The notes: generated from the letters alone by a model not told the origin. Shown: positions 25,716-38,045, numbered from the whole stretch's first letter. The stretch: DNA of 61,785 bases, filler included, from Asterionella formosa (GCA_002256025.1; 26 parts of 26 records of this genome joined end to end with filler, not necessarily neighbours in it), one strand, 5' to 3'. Translations and numbers: made by a program.

Positions 25716-26150
25716 GCATGTGGTGGGCATCAATCTTGATCAGATGGCTTGCCAGTTGGCGCTATTGGCGATCGCGCAAAATAAGTGGTTCATGTGGTGG
25801 CTGGACGCTTTAAACTGGGAACGGAAGCACTGGACGATATGACTAGGAGAAAAGAAGAGCAGAGTAGAAGGAGAGTGAGAAAGCGAATAAGAAAGTTATG
25901 GATTATAAAGCAACATTGAACGAGGTGCAAGCGATCAGAGCACTCAACAAACGGGCACACAAATGGACGGTGGCGCAAACAAAAACAATCGTGTTGTGGT
26001 ACAAACGAATTGGCGATGCACCATGCATTACCTGCAACGAAACAACTACCGCTTACCGAGTATGTTGATACAATAAGAGGTGGCGATGCACCAGTCCCAG
26101 TTGCCGTAGCAATACTGCCACCATCGGCCTCAGCTGAAGAGGATGACGAG
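25716..26150 (+). pseudogene. Degraded C-terminal region of a probable diatom DNA-transposon protein
   Basis: Across frameshifts: HVVAGRFKLG..., KWTVAQTKTIVLWYKRIGD, ALPATKQL, then an acidic tail. Pattern recalled from transposase-associated diatom proteins. Confidence 0.3.
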
Positions 26151-26250
26151 NNNNNNNNNNNNNNNNNNNNNNNNNNNNNNNNNNNNNNNNNNNNTTAATT
26201 AATTAANNNNNNNNNNNNNNNNNNNNNNNNNNNNNNNNNNNNNNNNNNNN

Positions 26251-26440
26251 AATATACTACCAAAACGAGATAACAAATTCTACCAAAAATTCTACATGGT
26301 AGAATTTTGACCTGTTACATACCTCATACTGACCACGTAAATATTTGCCAATACCTTGGAGGTATTTTCTGTCCTCACTAGAAGACTACCAAGGCCTACG
26401 AGAAAATACTACCTTGGTAGAATTTCGGGACTATTATAGA
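26251..26440 (+). repeat. ~200-bp MITE-like repeat rich in CTACCWWGGTAG palindromes, copy 1
   Basis: Aligns to the reverse complement of 38800-39005 (ACCACGTAAATATTTGCCAATA, CCTTGGAGGTATTTTCTGTCCTCA, GGCCTACGAGAAAATACTA, CCTTGGTAGAATTTCGGGACTA). Confidence 0.88.
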
Positions 26441-26849
26441 CATACTTTAAGGCATTCAACAATAGACTGCTTGTTCTTTACGCGAATAAAAACTTTGCAT
26501 CGCGGAAATGATCACGAACTCCCCTGACTGACGTTTTATGCATTTTCCGACACTTTTATGCAAAAAATGTATTCTTTCTTATTATCGACATCAGAAGCAA
26601 CTCTAGCAACCACTCAGTCTCATGTCAACTGTCTCTCGCTCATATCCACTTCGGCTTCGACAATGCAGGTCTGACAGTATCAGGAAGCCTTGCTCCCAAG
26701 TTTATCTCAACCACTGACCCTGTTCCACAGTCATTTATTCTAAAGCCTCCCCATATACCTTACTCATCCCAGATTGCAGGTATACAGAACCTAATCAGAT
26801 CAAATGTTGAACATTGTCAGGCTTGGAGTCTTCTCTATACAAAGTCCAA

Positions 26850-27090
26850 CTATTATTCTTGGGCTATCCTCAGTAACACAGTTCTCCTTTATTTGGGACA
26901 CAGGAGCCTTATGTACAGTCAGTCACAATATCCAGGTCTTTGTTGATGGGATAACCCCCTTGGCCACACCTGTCACACTGAGAGGACTAGCAGCAGGATT
27001 ATCAATTGAAGGTCAAGGCAAGGTCAGATGGATGGTTCCAGCAGTTGATTGTACTCTCCATTGTCTTGAGCTATCAACAAGAAGCTCTCT
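26850..27090 (+). mobile_element. CoDi-type copia aspartic protease fragment
   Basis: FSFIWDTGALCTVS...FVDGI...LRGLAAGLSIEGQGKVRW. Isolated remnant. Confidence 0.7.
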
Positions 27091-29279
27091 GTAGTACTTC
27101 AGTGTTTCATCATTCCAGCAAAACGTCAACCCATTGACTCAGCATGAACTATTTCCATTAAGGTTATTGCGTCCCTTTGCAGATCCGCCAATCAAAACAA
27201 TTTCTTCATAGTTAGTGGCGTTAAGGAACTGTTCAGGAATATCAGTATCTTCATCCAGATACTGAAAATTTTTCAGGGTGCTGTTAACTAGAAATATACC
27301 GCGAACACTTAGGAAAGTATAGGCCTCCTCTGTGCTGGGATGAATGGAATCACCAACATGGGTGCCATCAAGAAGACACTTTCCTTGCTTGCTGAGCCTG
27401 TGCTTGAAGGATCTTACTGGACCCAGTAAGTAATGATCGTGACTCTTGATTCGCTCCCCCTGTTTGGAAGAAGCTGATTGGAGCTAATAATAGGAGGAAA
27501 GCCCAGTAGTACTCGGAGGAACGATCACAAGTGTCCAGGTGAACAAACTGGTAGCTACAGAGAAGTAACCCAAAAAATAAAATCGGATTTATTATACTCC
27601 GTAAACTTGGTTTCGGTTACACCAACTAACAAAGAGAAGAGAATAAGCAAAAAAATATAATCAAAAAACACACAATAAGGAAAAAATCCAAATAAACTTA
27701 CTCAAAACTGAACGAATGAAATGGTTCAGTGTCAAGAATTGGAAGTGATGAATACGTTTAGTGCACATTCCTCCAAACGTACGGTCAAAGTCAAAGTACT
27801 CTTTTCTTTCCTTAGCACTTCTTACAGATAGGAAATCGGTTCCTCTATGAGAAACTTCTTCAACACCATTCCAGATGCAATCCGCCTATTCAGAATCATC
27901 CTTAACGGCAAGAGCGATTTCGGGATGACGTTTCAACAAGAACGAAATGCACAATCTTGCATACCAATGACTTGTTGGACTTGATATTCCAATATCAGCA
28001 GGATGTTTGTAAGACTGTAAGGACAATGAAAATAAAAATGCTCAGTAACATTATCAAAAACAAGGTGATTCGAGGAGATTTAAATGTGTACATGAACTTA
28101 CCTGCGTGTGACAAAATTTTCTATTATGAAATATTTCACCAACTACTTCGGTTGCATGAGAGGAAGTTATCGATGAAACTATATCCCTTCGTTTTGTATA
28201 AACAGTAGTGGCAAGGCTGGTGGAATCTTTGTATCCACTGATAGAAAAGTTATTTAGGGAAATTTTGCGTTCCAATACTAGGGCAATCTTATCATGAAGT
28301 TGTTGAACATAAACAACAACGGATACTGATGCTCCTGATCAATCACTGTCTCACAACTAAGGCGGAACTGTGATATATATTTGAGATCGTCGCCATTTTC
28401 GAGATGTAAGTCCATAATATTTGTCTTTGGATTATCAGTGACTGGTGAATTGTCACTCCTTCCTTGAATGGGTGGATAAAAAGGCGGAACCTTCTGCTTG
28501 TTACCAGGAGAAAACAGTTCTGACAAAATANNNNNNNNNNNNNNNNNNNNNNNNNNNNNNNNNNNNNNNNNNNNTTAATTAATTAANNNNNNNNNNNNNN
28601 NNNNNNNNNNNNNNNNNNNNNNNNNNNNNNCACAGAGCAATCATAAACCAATGAGTGTACAAATGCATAGTATGTATTGGAATACAACAATAAAAATGTG
28701 CGGGAATAAATATAGCAGTATTTCTATGTAGAATATATGTACTGGTAGCCTCTCCTACATTCCTGAATAAATGTTTATTATAATATGTCTGCTGGTGAAC
28801 TAATCATAGAATGCACTTATTTACTATGTGTTGTTAATTTTTCTACATATAAGTACTGGGGATGTTCTTAAAATATCATGTTTGCTGGTACTTGTAGTAG
28901 TTATAACATCATGACAATGGATGATCCGCCTATTGTAAACAGATAAACACAAATGAAAGATCAATTGTTGTTTTCAGCTACCAATGTTCTACTTTATATC
29001 CACTTGATGTATGAAGGTTTCTTATGTACAAACAATTCCCTTTTTAATCTGGCAATACATCATGGTGATATTGTTGCTGTGGTCAAGCGCCATATTGCTT
29101 CTGCCGATTTTCTATTTTCGCTATTTTGCAATGTATCTCAAAGCTATGTTAACATTTTTTTCACTACTTGCTAAAGATACTGTATTCTATCTAGGAAATG
29201 GCTCAGTGATTTAGCACGTTGTTTTTGATCTGAGGTTGTGAGGTTCATTTCCTGCAATTCTTTTGAGAAGCAATTGTTG

Positions 29280-29558
29280 GGTGCAACTCCCACACTTCTT
29301 ACCATCCCACGTGGTCTTGCCTGGTGTGCAAGAAATAGTGGGTTGCTCCACCCCCTAATACAAGCAGTGTGTGCTGCCTTCCTAGGCGGTCGGAGCTTCC
29401 CTAATGTTGTGGCTAACATGATCACCTTTTGCGAAAGGTGGTTGGGGAATCACTTAGTACACTAACAAAACTACTAGGGAATCACAGGTCTTGTCAGCAG
29501 GTAGCACAATAAAAGACTTGCCTAGGAATATGGGAGTACAAATGGGCTATAAAACAGA
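29280..29558 (-). repeat. Dispersed repeat, homologous to 11998-12240
   Basis: Same ordered shared words as listed for 11998-12240, on the opposite strand. Confidence 0.8.
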
Positions 29559-30400
29559 ATATCCTTTTCCTTGTATTCTATCTAAGAAAGTAATAAAAGG
29601 TTTAAGCAGTTGTTCATAACTAATAGTCATTTGTTTATCATGGTCTGTTATAATGGTAACAATGGGAAATTTCTTTTGGTCAAGTCATTGTGTAAAAATG
29701 TGCACATAGAAAATGCCTGTTACAGTAATATGTATATTCATATGATTTGTACCACAGCTGTTTGCACTTCTGTACTCATTCATAGTATGAAATGCATGTA
29801 AATGAAGAGATTTCTGGAATAAGGAATCTTGACACTCGGAATTGATATTGGAAAAACCCCAATTGTAGCAAAGTTCTTCAGAAACTGGTTTTTCCAGAAA
29901 ATTATTCTTTTAAACAAATAGATTTTGATAAAAATCGAAAGTAGTGGGCCAGTTCAGAAAGATTAGGTAGAAATTTATAAATGTTGAATTAAAATTTCCG
30001 GAGGGGTCGAAAGTCTACTTTTGTACAGTCAATCATGGTATTCTACCCAATTACCATTGCCGCTAGTAAATTGCCTAGACGATAATAGCTACGTTATCAT
30101 ACTAGAGCGAGGTTGGGGTAAAGAAGCACTTAACTATGAGGAAAACAAACCTAAATTTCTTTTTTACCTGGTACCGGTACCCGGTAGCAGGTACCACAAC
30201 TTGCTCTGGAAGGTCCAGTAATCAGCGCACATATTGTGCAGGTTGCTCATTTTCTGTTCATTGATTCACATACAAGAAAAAGGCAGGGGTACACACCCAA
30301 AAATTGTCGAACCCCTGAATTTTGCGCCATTCCATTATATTTTAAATAGTTTTTTACACCGATGTTAAGCTGTTACTCGTTTTATTGTCAAAATGAACTG

Positions 30401-30910
30401 GAAGCCAGCAGTCAGCAGTCAGCAAAAGAAGTGAGCAGTCAGCGATTTTTCAAAATATCAGTGAATCAAGTCAGCAGTGAGCAAAACAAAGTCCGCAATC
30501 ACTAGTTAGCAGATTGAAGTCAGCATTTTTACAATAGTACATCATGGTAGCAATATGAAGAAGTAGATAGCAATGACCTTTTAAGGCATCAATTTCTATT
30601 TCACAGCCTATCATCATGTACAGAGTACCCCTGATAGTATGAATGTAGAAAGCATCGCTTTTAGGATCCCAACAACAAAAAGATGCTTTTCCATCATTAT
30701 TGAAAAATGAAAAGTAAACACGATTTGTACACCGGTACCGGTAGTTGGTCTCTTCCTGTGTACAAAGTAGCTTTCTTGACGTTGGCATGTTGAAGTTAGC
30801 AGTCAGCAAATGAAGTCAGCAGTCAGCAAATATTTCATATTTTCAGCAAAGCAAGTCAGCAGTTAGCAACAAGAAGTCTGCAGTCAACCAGTTGAAGTTG
30901 GTAGTCAGCA
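30401..30910 (+). repeat. AGTCAGCA repeat arrays (30401-30530 and 30790-30910), family copy 2
   Basis: GCAGTCAGCAGTCAGCA units; homologous to 811-965. Confidence 0.78.
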
Positions 30911-31010
30911 NNNNNNNNNNNNNNNNNNNNNNNNNNNNNNNNNNNNNNNNNNNNTTAATTAATTAANNNNNNNNNNNNNNNNNNNNNNNNNNNNNNNNNN
31001 NNNNNNNNNN

Positions 31011-31487
31011 CTTAACACCGAGAAGCGTCCAGAGCTCGATGATGACACCAGCAATTGGATCGTTACCCACATTGTCGTTGTTTGTATCCTCGAGAACCTG
31101 ACCAGAAATGGTACGATTAGTTTCGGCTTGGGGAGGAGCGGTTGGCAATCCAGTTGGTTCATTTGGGCTAACTGGTTCTCCGTTGGGAGGAGAGACAGCC
31201 ACTGGTGCGGGCGAGTCTGGCGGCGGAGGTGGCGTCGGCCACGGAGTTGGTGCGGGCGTCGGCCAGGGGGTCGGCAACGGAGTGGGTTGCGGTAGTGGCC
31301 AGGGGTTCTGAAGATACCTTTGTGCGATACCAAACCAATTCGACTCAGGCTCGGAATCATCCAGTTGAGTACCTGTGTTTTGCTCCTTGGCTTCGTTCAA
31401 AGCGTGTGCAGGAGCAACACAAACACCAAACAGGAACAAAAAAGCAAGCAACCTGGCAGCCCCACGTCTTTTCATCCTGCCCGTCAT
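31011..31487 (-). CDS. Secreted Pro/Thr-rich protein with SdrD-B/Cna-B-like domain, 3'-partial
   Basis: Signal peptide (RLLAFLFLFGVCVAPAHA), RYL propeptide-type RxL motif, PTPW/PTPA repeats, then TISGQVLEDTNNDNVGNDPIAGVIIEL. Confidence 0.82.
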
Positions 31488-31916
31488 TTTTGACAATAAA
31501 TTTTTTTATTTTTCTTTCCTTGCCGATCTCGATAAATTTATTAATTTGAAAAATAATGCGATGAGTATTATGTGCTGGTAAATATCGAAATGATTTCAAT
31601 CAATTTTGTCGTTCATCCGATACAAATTGGTTATGATCCTCTCTGTTCACGAATTGTGTATCAACTACCAGTACGGTATAGTATGAATAAGAATCGTAAA
31701 TAATTTCTATATCGGTTCAATATATGTAGAGCAATTGTTGTACCGGTATATGGGATGGTCGGGAATTGGTTCACGAATAGATCCAGATGCTCGGGAAATA
31801 CAATACTCATCATCACCAGTTAAAGTGGAAATGGCCACTTTAATTAAACGCCATCCATTTATTGATTAAACAATAAACTAGAAGACGATCTCTTTATTAA
31901 AGCTATACTACCGGAA

Positions 31917-32168
31917 CACTTTGGTCACCGTTCTTTCTTGCATGATATTCGTTTAGGCAAACCTCCGGGGACGCAAGCAAAAGAAGGGCTCATTTCGGCT
32001 GCCCGGTCGTGGTCGGTAGTGAATATACCGCTACATACACTCCTCGTCACTTTGGTCACCGTTCTTTCTTGCATGATACTTGTATCGGCAAACCTCCGGG
32101 GACGCAAACAAAAGAAGGGCTCATTTCGGCTGCCCGGTAGTGTTTGTTAGTTAATATATACTCCTCGT
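31917..32168 (+). repeat. ~131-bp tandem duplication
   Basis: CACTTTGGTCACCGTTCTTTCTTGCATGATA...GGCAAACCTCCGGGGACGCAA...GGCTGCCCGGT at 31917 and 32048. Confidence 0.9.
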
Positions 32169-32994
32169 CTTAATATCAATTCGGGAATGCCAGCCATTCT
32201 ATCGGTACGCAGTTTACCGGTACCCCGACAGTAAAATACGGGCTGAGTACAAGAGATGGCTGGTTGCAACCTGAAGATCAATATAGTAGGATACGTAGGC
32301 CTTGGTATAGATTTCTTTTGCACTCAATAACTAGGAGTAAAAAATTGTGACGCATACAAAAATTGAGGCAAATTCTTTGATACATATACCCGTATATATA
32401 TTGCCCTCCGCTCATTTCCCCTCAAAAGTTATGTAACATTGAGCTGTTGTTGTTGTTGTTCATGTTTGTTGATTTTGCTGCTTGCTTCTCTTTTGCTTTG
32501 TTGCTCTGTTGTTCACTATGTTAGATTGTAAAAATAGGTTAGAACCTTGCAGAAAGTTGTGTCGAAATTGAGGGCACAGGCATCCATCCTGTCATCTTGT
32601 TGTTTGTCAAGATCTTTCCAAACTTTGAAGTATGCACATATATATATTGTCTTGCTTGCCTTGAAAACATCTTATCCTTTTTGTTATTAACACTTTGTCT
32701 GTTGACATGCTCTCTTGCACCACAGACCAGAAATTCTCTTTACACTTTTTCCCCTTCAGAGAAACCCAACAGTAAAAATTGTTGGCGCAAGCCCAAGTAT
32801 ACTTGATTCCCTCCGAGGGATGCAGGAGAGTCTCCTGCAAGTTCACAGTGGATTCAATCATAATGAAAATATAAACATTTGATGCATTACGCACAACATG
32901 CAAGAAGGCAGCAATTATTTTCAATAACAATGGAAAGGCAGCGTTCGATATTTTGCCCTTTTATCTTCGTCAGATGCTACCTTGGAAGTGTCTA

Positions 32995-33021
32995 AGGTTA
33001 GGGTTAGGGTTAGGCTTAGGG
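32995..33021 (+). repeat. Interstitial telomere-like (TTAGGG)n
   Basis: GGTTAGGGTTAGGGTTAGGCTTAGGG. Similar tracts at 3180-3193, 5906-5926 and 39028-39039. Confidence 0.8.
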
Positions 33022-33391
33022 GGACGAAATATCGAAATATACCCGGGGGACTAAATATCTTTTTCCTAAAAAAAAAAAACATTCTTACCATGGATCGCGT
33101 ATTCATATACCGTCCAGTATATTATTATAAATTTATGTGATGATGTAAATTATTATGTAGCTATAAATATAATATTGTTTTGTTTCATTTGTTATACATC
33201 TTGTTTGATGAACCAAGACGAGGAGAGTTCGCTGTGACGTTTGGGTGTCCATTGCAAAGAGAGGGTTTGCACTGGAGGAGGTATCGGAAGNNNNNNNNNN
33301 NNNNNNNNNNNNNNNNNNNNNNNNNNNNNNNNNNTTAATTAATTAANNNNNNNNNNNNNNNNNNNNNNNNNNNNNNNNNNNNNNNNNNNNA

Positions 33392-33736
33392 CGAGATGTA
33401 GCCGGCGAATGTGCAATTTGTATTTCATCCTACAAAATTGGTGATGACGTTGTTTGGTCGTCTAATCCACTTTGCGAACATTGTTTTCATACGGCCTGCA
33501 TGGAAAAGTGGCTCATGAAACAACTTGCAGGGTCTCTATGCCCGTGTTGTCGGAGAGACTTTGTCATTGACCCACTCGATAAAGAAGGAAACGAAAATTC
33601 TGATGTTCGTAATGACAATGGCATCGTATTGACGGAGTCTGACAACGAGTTGGAAGGGTTTGCAGGCGAGACAGGGGGCGATGTCACGGAAGGTCCCGAC
33701 GATAACGAGCAGCAGTCAATAGTGCGACCCGGCTAG
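33392..33736 (+). CDS. RING-H2 zinc-finger protein, 3' end
   Basis: CAIC..VVWSSNPLCEHCFHTACMEKW..CPCCR (C3H2C3). The frame is open from the contig start. Confidence 0.88.
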   Translation, partial: RDVAGECAICISSYKIGDDVVWSSNPLCEHCFHTACMEKWLMKQLAGSLCPCCRRDFVIDPLDKEGNENSDVRNDNGIVLTESDNELEGFAGETGGDVTEGPDDNEQQSIVRPG

Positions 33737-33918
33737 ACATGGATTTGAATCATTCCTGACAAATCGTGTTTCAGTGAGAAATAACCTGGAGCTAAGACTA
33801 ATTGCTGGTTTTAAGCAGTTTAAAGATTTTTGTTAATTGGTTCTAGAAAATAGACCTCAAGGAGCCCTCGGTTTCTGGTTTCGCAAAATCCCCGTCTTCA
33901 TTTCTAATGGAATGTCTT

Positions 33919-34069
33919 CTAAGATATTAAACACTGAGATTGCGATGCCTTTAGATTTGCCTTTTGAATGTGGCTTAAACCTTGCTCTGCGTTTGCTTTG
34001 GATTGTTCCATTTGATTTTCAATTTGATCGACTTGCTCTTGCTGTGACCCAACAATGTGAGCTAGATCC
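33919..34069 (-). CDS. Syntaxin-like t-SNARE last exon ending in CaaX
   Basis: After a CACAG acceptor: DLAHIVGSQQEQVDQIENQMEQSKANAEQGLSHIQKAN...QCLIS*. Qa-SNARE heptads. Upstream exons not found. Confidence 0.7.
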
Positions 34070-34436
34070 TGTGAATCCATACAATTTCCAGTCAGAGCGC
34101 ATTCTTCAACAGCCCCCAATCACAATCAGACAGTGATTCCCCACAAACTATATGATGAACAGCAACTCCAACTCCAACTCCCATCGGATACTCCTTATGG
34201 CTTGAATAACGAAGAACCACTCTCCACTCCAGCAAAATCCTCATAAGAAGCAAAGTATAATCCAATGTTGGCACCACACACTTACGATGAACAGCAATAC
34301 TATCATAACGAAAGGAAAAATGCTTATAATAGCTCTCAAACATTGGAAGGATTGGACATCGAACATCAAGTCATCACAGCAGCCAGAGCGCGAAAGTCAG
34401 ACATAGACACAAGGACTTTCATGACCACACAGTACA

Positions 34437-35669
34437 TGTTGTAACAACTACCATATTCGACCGTATCGTAGGCCTTGAACCTAGTACTGTGTTAATCGAA
34501 TACAGTTGATGAAATTGATAGCAACGAGGAAGTTGTCAAACTTAAACTTTCACTTTACTAACTGGATTGTTTCGAGATAATGATCTCGAAACACTCTTAT
34601 TACTCACATTGCTTTTAAACATTTTTTTCTTGACCTCTGATTGCTTTCCCTTGCGTTGTGCCTTTTACCACGTCAGCCCAGGTAAATCTTGGTAGCGGCT
34701 GTACAGTTTTAACTGTTGTACTGTTCTCTCTCGTGTCTACTATGCCCTTCACGCCTGTCCTGTGGCAGTCAGCTCGCATTTTTCCAACACGCTCCTCGGC
34801 TGTTGCCAGGGAACTGGCGGTCAGGGTATCGACGTTCGCAGCTCCTAGAAGCACATTTCGGAATGTTCTTAACAGGTTTCCTTGCAGTGGTTTCGTAAAG
34901 AAATCCCCCAACATTTCCAACGTTGGACAATGGCGAATGGTGATTCCTTCATCTACCGATCGATCCTTAATCCAGAAATAGCGGATGTTGATATGCCGAG
35001 ACTTTGGCCCTGCCGAAATTCGTCCGTTCTTCTCGAGTTTAATTGCGCTCTCGTTGTCTTGTTCGAAGAAACTTTCTTGAATCTTGTATCCCTGTGCTTC
35101 AAGAAACATTTTTACCCACAGCGTGTTCGGGAGATAATCGCTGGCACCCACAAATTCAGCCTCCGTCGAACTCTTTGTGTTCAATTTCTGCTTGGTCGAC
35201 TTGCATATGATGCCTCCAGTTCCAAAAGACATCACGCCACCGGTGTGGCTCTTCATGTCAGGGTGCACGGCAAAGGCCGCATCCACCCACGACCTCATCT
35301 TGCCCATGTCGTCGGCTCCAATGGTGTATTCCACATCCATACTTCCATTTATGTATTCCAACACCCGTCGTAGCTTTTTCTGATCTTGTTTGGTGCTTTT
35401 TGATACCCTGGTGCATAGGAAACTGACCGCCAGTAGCAAATCCGCTCTTGCCCTGATCGAAACGTAAAGCAGTTTCGCCACTACACTATGGAAAATCTCG
35501 GCTTCGTTCTGGCTCAAAAAAGGAGACTCCTCATCCACTTCAAATAAACACTTCTGGGCTGGCGTGGCCACTTCCCGTGTGATTTCCATCCCTGACTCGC
35601 TCAATGCTTCCTTAAGATATTCCTTCATAGTAATGACAGCTGTGCCCTTGCCTGTGTATTGTATGTGCA
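34437..35669 (-). mobile_element. pol: CoDi-type copia 3' end: RT C-terminus/RNase H, PPT and 353-bp 3' LTR (34437-34789)
   Basis: FHSVVAKLLY, SWVDAAFAVH, SSTEAE, EQDNESAI, HINIRYFWIKD, DFFTKPLQG. GAGGAGCG precedes TGTTG...CAACA. The LTR end is fixed by divergence from the 55598 copy. Confidence 0.95.
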
Positions 35670-35769
35670 NNNNNNNNNNNNNNNNNNNNNNNNNNNNNNN
35701 NNNNNNNNNNNNNTTAATTAATTAANNNNNNNNNNNNNNNNNNNNNNNNNNNNNNNNNNNNNNNNNNNN

Positions 35770-37001
35770 TGCACATACAATACACAGGCAAGGGCACAGC
35801 TGTCATTACTATGAAGGAATATCTTAAGGAAGCATTGAGCGAGTCAGGGATGGAAATCACACGGGAAGTGGCCACGCCAGCCCAGAAGTGTTTATTTGAA
35901 GTGGATGAGGAGTCTCCTTTTTGAGCCAGAACGAAGCCGAGATTTTCCATAGTGTAGTGGCGAAACTGCTTTACGTTTCGATCAGGGCAAGAGCGGATTT
36001 GCTACTGGCGGTCAGTTTCCTATGCACCAGGGTATCAAAAAGCACCAAACAAGATCAGCAAAAGCTACGACGGGTTTTGGAATACATAAATGGAAGTATG
36101 GATGTGGAATACACCATTGGAGCCGACGACATGGGCAAGATGAGGTCGTGGGTGGATGCGGCCTTTGCCGTGCACCCTGACATGAAGAGCCACACCGGTG
36201 GCGTGATGTCTTTTGGAACTGGAGGCATCATATGCAAGTCGACCAAGCAGAAATTGAACACAAAGAGTTCGACGGAGGCTGAATTTGTGGGTGCCAGCGA
36301 TTATCTCCCGAACACGCTGTGGGTAAAAATGTTTCTTGAAGCACAGGGATACAAGATTCAAGAAAGTTTTTTCGAACAAGACAACGAGAGCGCAATAAAA
36401 CTCGAGAAGAACGGACGAATTTCGGCAGGGCCAAAGTCTCGGCATATCAACATCCGCTATTTCTGGATTAAGGATCGATCGGTAGATGAAGGAATCACCA
36501 TCCGCCATTGTCCAACGTTGGAAATGTTGGGGGATTTTTTTACGAAACCACTGCAAGGAAACCTGTTCAGAACATTTCGAAATGTGCTTCTAGGAGCTGC
36601 GAACGTCGATACCCTGACTGCCAGTTCCCTGGCAACAGCCGAGGAGCGTGTTGGAAAAATGCGAGCTGACTGCCACAGGACAGGCGTGAAGGGTATAGTA
36701 GACACGAGAGAGAACAGTACAACAGGTAAAACCGTACAGCCACTACCAAGATTTACCTGGGCTGACGTGGTAAAAGGCACAACGCAAGGAAAAGCAATCA
36801 GAGGTCAAGAAAAAAATGTTAAAATGCAATGTGAGTAATAAGAGTGTTTCGAGACCATTATCTCGAAACAATCCAGTTAGTAAAGTGAAAGTTTAAGTTT
36901 GACAACTTCCTCGTTGCTATCAATTTCATCAACTGTATTCGATTAACACAGTACTAGGTTCAAGGCTTACGATACGGTCGAATACGGTAGTTGTTACAAC
37001 A
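35770..37001 (+). mobile_element. pol: Same copia insertion, alternate haplotype (LTR 36649-37001)
   Basis: Contig 35770-38046 is the near-identical reverse complement of 33391-35669, with the same end points. Confidence 0.95.
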
Positions 37002-37368
37002 CGTACTGTGTGGTCATGAAAGTCCTTGTGTCTATGTCTGACTTTCGCGCTCTGGCTTCAGTGATGACTTGAGGTTCGATGTCCAATCCTTCCAATGTTT
37101 GAGAGCTATTATAAGCATTTTTCCTTTCGTTATGATAGTATTGCTGTTCATCGTAAGTGTGTGGTGCCAACATTGGATTGTACTTTGCTTCTTATGAGGA
37201 TTTTGCTGAGTGGAGAGTGGTTCTTCGTTATTCAAGCCATAAGGAGTATCCGATGGGAGTTGGAGTTGGAGTTGCTGTTCATCATATAGTTTGTGGGGAA
37301 TCACTGTCTGATTGTGATTGGGGGCTGTTGAAGAATGCGCTCTGACTGGAAATTGTATGGATTCACAG

Positions 37369-37518
37369 CATCTAGCTCACATTGTTGGGTCACAGCAAGA
37401 GCAAGTCGATCAAATTGAAAATCAAATGGAACAATCCAAAGCAAACGCAGAGCAAGGTTTAAGCCACATTCAAAAGGCAAATCTAAAGGCATCGCAATCT
37501 CAGTGTTTAATATCTTAG
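37369..37518 (+). CDS. Syntaxin-like last exon (allelic copy)
   Basis: As 33919-34069, with the first codon CAT instead of GAT. Confidence 0.68.
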   Translation, partial: HLAHIVGSQQEQVDQIENQMEQSKANAEQGLSHIQKANLKASQSQCLIS

Positions 37519-37700
37519 AAGACATTCCATTAGAAATGAAGACGGGGATTTTGCGAAACCAGAAACCGAGGGCTCCTTGAGGTCTATTTTCTAGAACCAA
37601 TTAACAAAAATCTTTAAACTGCTTAAAACCAGCAATTAGTCTTAGCTCCAGGTTATTTCTCACTGAAACACGATTTGTCAGGAATGATTCAAATCCATGT

Positions 37701-38045
37701 CTAGCCGGGTCGCACTATTGACTGCTGCTCGTTATCGTCGGGACCTTCCGTGACATCGCCCCCTGTCTCGCCTGCAAACCCTTCCAACTCGTTGTCAGAC
37801 TCCGTCAATACGATGCCATTGTCATTACGAACATCAGAATTTTCGTTTCCTTCTTTATCGAGTGGGTCAATGACAAAGTCTCTCCGACAACACGGGCATA
37901 GAGACCCTGCAAGTTGTTTCATGAGCCACTTTTCCATGCAGGCCGTATGAAAACAATGTTCGCAAAGTGGATTAGACGACCAAACAACGTCATCACCAAT
38001 TTTGTAGGATGAAATACAAATTGCACATTCGCCGGCTACATCTCG
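37701..38045 (-). CDS. RING-H2 protein 3' end (allelic copy)
   Basis: Same peptide as 33392-33736. Confidence 0.88.
   Translation of the reverse strand, partial: RDVAGECAICISSYKIGDDVVWSSNPLCEHCFHTACMEKWLMKQLAGSLCPCCRRDFVIDPLDKEGNENSDVRNDNGIVLTESDNELEGFAGETGGDVTEGPDDNEQQSIVRPG

Noticed and set aside
27130..28530. Patchy open frames with a GTAAG donor on the minus strand
   Set aside because: Probably a decayed gene, but no family was recognised and the boundaries cannot be supported.
34658..35383. Long antisense ORFs over copia pol (likewise over the pogo and Arc1-like genes)
   Set aside because: Shadow frames of the real coding strand with no motifs.
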